Source of the DNA: an uncultured Acidobacteriota bacterium
Lineage (GTDB): Bacteria > Acidobacteriota > Vicinamibacteria > Fen-336
Length of the DNA stretch: 64,000 nucleotides
Assembly: GCA_963720545.1 (NCBI GenBank)
Contig: OY970399.1
Location: 1,952,001 to 2,016,000, forward strand
Direction of reading: 5' to 3'
Position 1 is the first letter of the stretch. Every line of letters begins with the position of its first letter. The notes beneath the pieces are model-generated. The model was not told the origin of the DNA and made no database searches. It saw nothing but the letters and a program-made list of their open reading frames with translations. Below are positions 57,893-64,000 of this stretch, piece after piece. A program made the translations under genes and the position numbers.

Positions 57893-57949
57893 GTTGCTTT
57901 CGTCGCCGCATGAGGCGAATATAAAGCGAAAGTCAATGGACCGCGAAAC

Positions 57950-58921
57950 ATGATCGTTCCCGGAGTGGCGGCGCCGAATTTCGCCGGGCGCATCGGCACG
58001 ACGGTGGTGCGCAGCCGCGGCGATGTCACGTACCGCGTCCTGCGCTCCAGCTCGCTCGTCAACACCTGCACCTCGACCAACGTGCCGTTTCGCTTCACGG
58101 CCAACCCCTACCGCGGCTGCGCCATGGGCTGCCGCTACTGCTACGCCGCCTACACCCACGAGTTCATCGGCGAGGACGGTGTCAATTCGTTTCACTCCAC
58201 GATCTTCGTCAAGGACCCCGACATGCGGGAGACGGCGCGGCGCCTGCAGCGCGTGGTGCGGCGCGGCGAGCAGCTGGCGCTCGGCACCGCCACCGATCCG
58301 TACCAGCCGGGTGAGGGCGAGTTCCGCGTGACGCGGCGCTTCCTCGAGCTGGTGGCGCAGCACCGCGGCGTGCACATCGGCATCACCACCAAGGGCGCCT
58401 TGATCCTGCGCGACCTCGACCTGCTGCGCAAGATCAACGAACGTTCCCGCCTGTCGGTGCAGGTCTCGCTGATCTCGACGCGAGCCGAACTGTTGCGCCG
58501 CATCGAGCCGTGGGCGCCGCCGCCAGAGGTGCGCCTCGACGTGATGCGCCGGCTGCGCGCCGCCGGCATCACCGTCGGTGCGGCAGTCGCGCCGGTCCTC
58601 CCCGGCCTGACCGACGGCGAGCCCGACCTCGACGTCTTGTTCGCGCGCATCGCCGCGGCCGGTGTGCGCCACTGCTGGGTGGGCATCCTGTTCCTGCGCT
58701 CGCCCACCAAGGAGAAGTACCTACGCTGGCTCGCGGCCGACTTCCCCCGCTACCTCGAGGCCTACAAGCGCGCCTACGAAACCCGCGCCTATCTGGGCGG
58801 GACGTACAAGAAGCGGATCGTCGCGATGACCGAGAGGCTGCGGGCGCGCTACGGCTTCGAGTCGCGTCCTTTCGCGGCCGTCGGCTCGGAAGCGCCGCTG
58901 CAGCTGCGGCTCTGGGGCTGA
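57950..58921 (+). CDS. Radical SAM protein, SplB-like / Rv2578c DNA-repair-associated family
   Basis: NPYRGCAMGCRYCYA; GTATDPYQP; ITTKGALILRDLDLL; IEPWAP; APVLPGLTD. Confidence 0.88.
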   Translation: MIVPGVAAPNFAGRIGTTVVRSRGDVTYRVLRSSSLVNTCTSTNVPFRFTANPYRGCAMGCRYCYAAYTHEFIGEDGVNSFHSTIFVKDPDMRETARRLQRVVRRGEQLALGTATDPYQPGEGEFRVTRRFLELVAQHRGVHIGITTKGALILRDLDLLRKINERSRLSVQVSLISTRAELLRRIEPWAPPPEVRLDVMRRLRAAGITVGAAVAPVLPGLTDGEPDLDVLFARIAAAGVRHCWVGILFLRSPTKEKYLRWLAADFPRYLEAYKRAYETRAYLGGTYKKRIVAMTERLRARYGFESRPFAAVGSEAPLQLRLWG

Positions 58922-59328
58922 GCTGCCGCGGCATGGGCTTCGCTGGTCGCGCTATCGCCCACCACCAGCTTGCCGTGCAGCATGTCCATGCCGCAGGCGA
59001 AGGCGTAGGTGCCCGCAGCCGCGGCCGGCAAGTCGATCGTGGTCGTGGCGAATGCCGGCAGGTGCTGCTTCACGCCGAAGTCGGGGAACACGATCTCTTC
59101 GGAGCACGCCGACGTCTCTTCGCGCCGGAAGCGCAGCCGCAGCGGCACGCCGGGCAGCGCCCTGATGACGTCCGGCCGGTAGCCGCCCTTCACCAGCACC
59201 TCGACCTGCTGCACGCCCGCGCCGGCGATGGCCGCCGCGACGGTGGCGGCGTTGGCGATGAAGAAGTACCAGACGATCCACGCGATGAACCCGGCCACCG
59301 CCAGATTGACGAGCAGCGTGGTTGTCAT
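58849..59328 (-). CDS. Membrane-anchored cupredoxin domain protein (CupA-like)
   Basis: TM; VKGGYRPD; CSEEIVFPDFG; YAFACGMDMLHG; ATGA overlap with the ATPase. Confidence 0.88.
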   Translation of the reverse strand: MTTTLLVNLAVAGFIAWIVWYFFIANAATVAAAIAGAGVQQVEVLVKGGYRPDVIRALPGVPLRLRFRREETSACSEEIVFPDFGVKQHLPAFATTTIDLPAAAAGTYAFACGMDMLHGKLVVGDSATSEAHAAAAQPQSRSCSGASEPTAAKGRDSKP

Positions 59329-61376
59329 GAGGCCCGCGCGAGCGGCATGCGCCGCAGCCGCAGCGCGTTGCTCACGACGGTGAGCGAGCTGAGCGCCATG
59401 GCGGCGCCGGCAACCAGCGGCGACAGGAACCCGCGCGGCCCGATGAGCGGCACCAAGGCACCGGTCGCCACCACCACCGCAACGACGTTGTAGGCAAAGG
59501 CGCCGACCAGGTTCTGGCGGATGTTGCGCAGCGTCGCGCGCGCGGCGCGCAGCGCCACCGGCAGCGCCTCGAGCCGCCCGCCGACGAGCGTCAGGTCGGC
59601 GGCGTCGATCGCCGCATCGGTGCCGGTGCCCATGGCGATGCCGACATCGGCCTGGCTCAGCGCGGGGGCGTCGTTGATGCCGTCGCCGATCATGCCGACG
59701 CGCCGGCCGCCCGCCTGCATGCCGCGGATCGCCTCGGCCTTGCCTTCGGGCAGCGCGCCCGCGGCGACGTCGGCGTCGTCGATCCCCACTTGCCGCGCGA
59801 CCGCGAGCGCCGTCTGCTGCTGGTCGCCGGTGACGAGAGCGACCCGCAGCCCGAGCTTGCGCACCGCGGCGACGACGTCGCGTGCCGACGCGCGCACCGG
59901 GTCGGCGATCCCGACGATGCCGCGCAGGTTTGGGCCCGATGCAATCCAAACGACGGTACGGCCGTCGCCGGCGAGGCGCTCGGCCGCCGCCGCGAGCGGA
60001 CCGGCATCGACACCCGCCTGTTCCAGGAAACGGCGGCTGCCGGCGCGGATCTCATCACTGCCGACACGTCCGCTGACACCAAGCCCGGAGGCCGCGCGAA
60101 AATCGGTGGCTGCTGCGAGCTCGCCCTCGCTGCGGGCGCGCAGCACGATCGCCTTCGCCAGCGGGTGCTCCGACCAGCGTTCGACCGCCGCCGCTTGCGC
60201 GAGCAGCGAGCGCGTGTCCATGCCCGCCGCCGGCACCACGTCAGTGACCGCGGGGCGGCCTTCGGTGAGCGTGCCGGTCTTGTCGAACACCAGCGTGTCG
60301 AGACGCGCCGCGGTCTCGAGCGCCTGGCCATTTCTCACCAGGATGCCGCCTTGCGCCATGCGCGCGACTCCGGTGGTGAGGCTGATGGGCGTCGCCAGGC
60401 CGAGCGCGCACGGGCAGGCGATGAGCAGCACCGCGGCCGCGGTGACGATGCCGTGGATGGCGCCGGTGCCCGGCTCCGCGCTGAGGTTGAACCAGGCGAG
60501 GAAGGTCAGAGCGGCGACGATCACGACCGCCGGCACGAACACCGCGCTGACGTTGTCCACGAGCCGCGCGATTGCCGGCCGCGACGCCTGCGCGCGTCGC
60601 ACCATCGCGGCAATGCGCGCCACCGCCGACTCAGTGCCGAGGGCGGTCGCGCGCAACTGCAGCACGCCGTCGCCGTTGAGCGTGCCACCGAACACGTTGG
60701 CGCCCACTTCCCTGCGCACCGGCATCGACTCGCCCGTGAGCATCGACTCGTCGATCGTCGATCCGCCGTCAACGACCGTGCCGTCCACCGGGACCCGCTC
60801 CCCCGGACGGACGAGGATCCGGTCGCCGCGCGCCACCGCAGCGAGCGGCACGACTTCCTCACGCCCGCCGGCAAGGCGGGTGACCGACTGCGGCGCGAGC
60901 GCCGCCAGTGCGTCAAGCGCTTCGCTGGTGCGCCCACGGGCGCGCGTCTCGAGCCACTGCCCGACGAGCACCAGCGCAATCACTATCGCGGCCGCGTCGT
61001 AGAACGGCATCGCCGTGCCTTCCGGGAACATGCCGGGCGCCACGGTCACCGCCGTCGAGTAGCAGAAGGCGACGCCGGTGCCGAGCGCCACCAGCGTGTC
61101 CATGTTCGCGCGGTGGTTGCGGAAGTGATGCCAGGCCGAGACGAAGAACGTGCGGCCCGGGCCGAGCAGGATGGGCAAGCTCAGCAGCCCCTGCAGGACC
61201 CACAACGCGCGCGTCACCGGCGCCGGTGCGCCGTGGATATGGACGGGCAAGCCGAATGCAGACGGAAACATGTCGGCGAGCATCAGCAATGCGAGCACCG
61301 CCGCGAGCGCCGCGGCGCTCATGGCGCGCCGCCGCGCGCCGCGTTCCGCAAGGGGTTCGCCCGAAGCCATATCCAT
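59325..61376 (-). CDS. copA: Copper-translocating P1B-type ATPase
   Basis: ANMDTLVALGT; DESMLTGES; IACPCALGLATP; DKTGTLT; SEHPLA; GDGINDAP; AYN; AMALSS. Start 61376 or 61370. Confidence 0.9.
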   Translation of the reverse strand: MDMASGEPLAERGARRRAMSAAALAAVLALLMLADMFPSAFGLPVHIHGAPAPVTRALWVLQGLLSLPILLGPGRTFFVSAWHHFRNHRANMDTLVALGTGVAFCYSTAVTVAPGMFPEGTAMPFYDAAAIVIALVLVGQWLETRARGRTSEALDALAALAPQSVTRLAGGREEVVPLAAVARGDRILVRPGERVPVDGTVVDGGSTIDESMLTGESMPVRREVGANVFGGTLNGDGVLQLRATALGTESAVARIAAMVRRAQASRPAIARLVDNVSAVFVPAVVIVAALTFLAWFNLSAEPGTGAIHGIVTAAAVLLIACPCALGLATPISLTTGVARMAQGGILVRNGQALETAARLDTLVFDKTGTLTEGRPAVTDVVPAAGMDTRSLLAQAAAVERWSEHPLAKAIVLRARSEGELAAATDFRAASGLGVSGRVGSDEIRAGSRRFLEQAGVDAGPLAAAAERLAGDGRTVVWIASGPNLRGIVGIADPVRASARDVVAAVRKLGLRVALVTGDQQQTALAVARQVGIDDADVAAGALPEGKAEAIRGMQAGGRRVGMIGDGINDAPALSQADVGIAMGTGTDAAIDAADLTLVGGRLEALPVALRAARATLRNIRQNLVGAFAYNVVAVVVATGALVPLIGPRGFLSPLVAGAAMALSSLTVVSNALRLRRMPLARAS

Positions 61377-61390
61377 ATAATCTACGCGGC

Positions 61391-62155
61391 ATGGGCACCT
61401 TGCGAGTCGAGACGAGCGAAGGCATCGCCATCCTGCGCATGGACAAGCCACGCGCCAACGCCATCGACGAACCGTTCGTCGTGGAGCTGGCGGAGACGGC
61501 GCGCCAGTTGGGCGACGACGAGGCGGTGCGCGGCATCCTGCTGGCGTCCACTCACCCCAAGGTCTTCTCGCCCGGCCTCGACCTGACGGTGTTGATCGAG
61601 CTGCAGCGCCCGGCAATGGCGGCGTTCATGACCAAATTCGCCGCGGCGGTGTGGTCGCTCTACGGCTTGCGCAAGCCACTCGTGGCGGCGGTCTCGGGCC
61701 ACGCGGTCGCCGGCGGCTGCATTCTCGCGCTCACCGCCGACTATCGGGTGCTGAAGGCGGAAGGCGCACAGATGGGGCTCAACGAGGTGAAGGTCGGCGT
61801 GCCGCTGCCGTGGTCGGTGACCGAGCTCCTGCGCGCCACCGTCGCGCCGCAGAACCTGGCGAAGATCGCGCTCCTCGGCCGCAACTTCGCCGGTGCCGAG
61901 GCGCTCGCCGCCGGCCTCGCCGACGAGCTGGCGCCGGCCGAAGGCTTCGAGGCCGCGTGCCTCACCCGCCTCGCGGAATTCGTGGAGAAGGACGCTGCGT
62001 CGTTCGCGCGCACCAAGGAGTACCTGCGGCAGCAGCCGCTCGCGGCGATGCGCGCCGGCGAAAAGGACAAGCAGGACGAGTGGCTCGACTGCTGGTTCGC
62101 GGCGGGCACGCAGGCGCGCATCCGCAAGACCGTCGAGAGCCTGAAGAGCAAGTAG
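61391..62155 (+). CDS. Enoyl-CoA hydratase/isomerase family protein
   Basis: KPRANAID; FSPGLDL; AAVSGHAVAGGCILAL; GLNEVKVG. Confidence 0.9.
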   Translation: MGTLRVETSEGIAILRMDKPRANAIDEPFVVELAETARQLGDDEAVRGILLASTHPKVFSPGLDLTVLIELQRPAMAAFMTKFAAAVWSLYGLRKPLVAAVSGHAVAGGCILALTADYRVLKAEGAQMGLNEVKVGVPLPWSVTELLRATVAPQNLAKIALLGRNFAGAEALAAGLADELAPAEGFEAACLTRLAEFVEKDAASFARTKEYLRQQPLAAMRAGEKDKQDEWLDCWFAAGTQARIRKTVESLKSK

Positions 62156-62169
62156 GCGCGGGCGCGCCT

Positions 62170-62781
62170 TCAGGAACGCGCGCTGCGCTTTTGCCGCAGC
62201 CACCACCAGAGCAGCGCCGCCGCCACGATCGCGAGCACGAACAGCACGCGGTTGGCGTCGCCGAGCAGCTCCTGCACCTTGTCGAAGTGCAGGCCAAGCT
62301 GCGAGCCTACGAAGATGATGGCGGCGTACCAGATCGCCGAGGCTGCCGCCGCGGGAATGAGCGCTTTCGCCGGGCTGAGGCCGGACATGCCGGCGAACGG
62401 CGGCACCGCCGCGCGAAATCCGGGCAGGAAGCGGCTGAGGAAGATTCCCCAGATGCCGTGCTTCGCGTATGCCGTGCGGATCGCGCCGAGGGCGCTTTCG
62501 GGCAGGATGCGTGACACCCAGCGCGAGCGCAGCAGGCTCTCGCCGCGCGCGCGGCCGAGGTAGTACATGCCCGCCGCCGACGCGGTGTTGGCGCCCCAGC
62601 ACACGAGGCCCAGGATCCACGCCGACAGTTCGCCGCGCTGCGCGAGGAATGCGCCGAGCGCCACGGCGACATCGGCGGGCGCCGGCGGGAAGACGTTCTC
62701 GACCGCGGACAGCGCCGCCAGCACCAGATAGGTCGGCGCCGTCGGCAGCGCGGCCAGCCAGTCGAGGAATCGCTCAAGCAC
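62170..62781 (-). CDS. DedA family membrane protein
   Basis: ENVFPPAPAD; MYYLGR; FLSRFLPGFR; AGMSG. Confidence 0.9.
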   Translation of the reverse strand: MLERFLDWLAALPTAPTYLVLAALSAVENVFPPAPADVAVALGAFLAQRGELSAWILGLVCWGANTASAAGMYYLGRARGESLLRSRWVSRILPESALGAIRTAYAKHGIWGIFLSRFLPGFRAAVPPFAGMSGLSPAKALIPAAAASAIWYAAIIFVGSQLGLHFDKVQELLGDANRVLFVLAIVAAALLWWWLRQKRSARS

Positions 62782-64000
62782 CAATCGCCTCCCGGATGAG
62801 GTCGATGACGGAAACGTACGGCCGGCCCACGGCCCGCGACATCCCAATCTCGCAAGTGCGGCAGGTGGACACAAGGCGGCTGGTCGCGGAGAGCCGGCCG
62901 CGCACTTCCTCCGCCTCGGCGCGGGTTGCCGCCGCGGTCAGCTCGGGAACGAAGAAGCCCTTGTCGCCGGCGAAGCCGCAGCACTCGGCGCTGGCCGGCG
63001 TGAAAACGCTTTCGGAGTGCTCGGCAACCACGGCCAGCAGGTCGGAAAGCCCGCCCTGCTTCACCAGCGAGCAGGTCGGATGGACGATCGTCTCGCCGCG
63101 CGCCTTCGGCGTCTGCGCACGGCCGGGAAGCACGTGACGCGCCCAGAACGCGGTGAAGTCGAGGATGGGCGTGCCGAGCGTGGCGGCGCACGGGGAGGCA
63201 TCGGTGACCACCGGATCCTCGCCGCCGCGGCTCGCCGCGTGCAATGCCGACAGCGTCCTGGCGCGCGCGCCGGCGGCGGCCGCGGGCAGCGCCTTGCTCG
63301 CAAACGGCATGCCGCAGCACAGCCCCGACACGCCATCCGGATAAACGACGTCGTAACCGGCCCAGTCGAGGACGACGCGCATCGACTCGGCCAACGGCGG
63401 CGCAGTTTCGCCCGGCAGCGCGCCGATCGTCCGCGTCAGGCAGGTCGGCAGGTACACGGCACGCCGCCTGTTTCGAGGTGCGACCGGCGCCGGCAAAGGT
63501 GCCGCCGCGCGCGGAAGCGCGATGCCGCGCGGCACGCCGCTCAGCGCCGCAACCGCTGCCGCACCAGCTGCCGTCGTCTTCAAGGCGCGGCCGGCGGCGA
63601 GTCCGGTGCGCGCCGCGGCCAGCGTCGCGCCCATGTGCGACGCGGCAGCGCCGCCAATCGCCCGCACCGCGGCAGAACGCTCGCGGCCGTGCACCGCCTT
63701 CATCACGGCGCCGGTGTCGATGCGCACCGGGCACGACAACAGGCACATGGAATCGCCGGCGCAGGTGTCGATCGCCTGGTAGTCGAAGTCGCGCCGCAGC
63801 TCGGCGAGCGGCTCCGCACCCGCGGCGCCCTGCGCCAGCAGCCGCTGCTCCTCGCGCAGCGCGACGATGCGCTGCCGCGGGCTCAGCGTGAGGAAGCGCG
63901 AGGGGCAGCGCGGCTCGCAGAAGCCGCACTCGATGCAGCGATCGACCGAGTCGGCGACCAGCGGGAACGGCTTGAAGTTCTTGAGGTGCACCTTCGGGTC
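62774..64000 (-). CDS. C-terminal part of a FAD-binding / Fe-S oxidoreductase (D-lactate dehydrogenase-like), 5' end outside the window
   Basis: CIECGFCEPRCPS; CAGDSMCLLSCPV; CCG domains (LCCGMPF, ECCGFAGDKG); TCEIG. Confidence 0.88.
   Translation of the reverse strand, partial: DPKVHLKNFKPFPLVADSVDRCIECGFCEPRCPSRFLTLSPRQRIVALREEQRLLAQGAAGAEPLAELRRDFDYQAIDTCAGDSMCLLSCPVRIDTGAVMKAVHGRERSAAVRAIGGAAASHMGATLAAARTGLAAGRALKTTAAGAAAVAALSGVPRGIALPRAAAPLPAPVAPRNRRRAVYLPTCLTRTIGALPGETAPPLAESMRVVLDWAGYDVVYPDGVSGLCCGMPFASKALPAAAAGARARTLSALHAASRGGEDPVVTDASPCAATLGTPILDFTAFWARHVLPGRAQTPKARGETIVHPTCSLVKQGGLSDLLAVVAEHSESVFTPASAECCGFAGDKGFFVPELTAAATRAEAEEVRGRLSATSRLVSTCRTCEIGMSRAVGRPYVSVIDLIREAIGA

Noticed and set aside
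1..64000. tRNA, rRNA, integrase, transposase or prophage genes
   Set aside because: None recognised by eye; a tRNAscan/Rfam run would be needed to exclude small RNAs

Overview
High-GC bacterial chromosomal segment. Gene content and style suggest Acidobacteriota, which is an inference. I find about 50 protein-coding genes and no rRNA, tRNA, CRISPR array, integrase or transposase. The main blocks are: (1) an exported beta-propeller / VIT-vWA / giant TPR operon running off the left edge; (2) a hydrolase / FAD oxidoreductase / BHMT-like methyltransferase / Ntn-acylase operon; (3) PPK2, Uma2 and an sPLA2-motif protein; (4) a Lol-like ABC export cassette and fabH; (5) an accessory island at 29.7-36.4 kb with a trypsin-like protease, a secreted protein, an exported TPR-CHAT caspase-like protease, an ECF sigma factor and a Zn-finger anti-sigma whose outer domain is paralogous to the CHAT N-terminus, and which carries about 7 frame lesions; (6) an enzyme-free bacterial microcompartment shell cluster (1 BMC-H, 3 BMC-P and a small Cys-tailed protein with an encapsulation-peptide-like helix); (7) dinB, alkA and peptidases; (8) a TetR-RND efflux system; (9) two families of dispersed palindromes, one amplified as a 3x82-bp tandem repeat; (10) radical SAM enzymes, a Cu ATPase with a cupredoxin, and a partial Fe-S/FAD oxidoreductase. 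The best candidates for an under-described system are the CHAT-ECF-anti-sigma module and the BMC shell cluster. The most unusual micro-feature is a triple ATGA stop/start relay through two Met-Thr-Gln mini-ORFs at 6692-6715.
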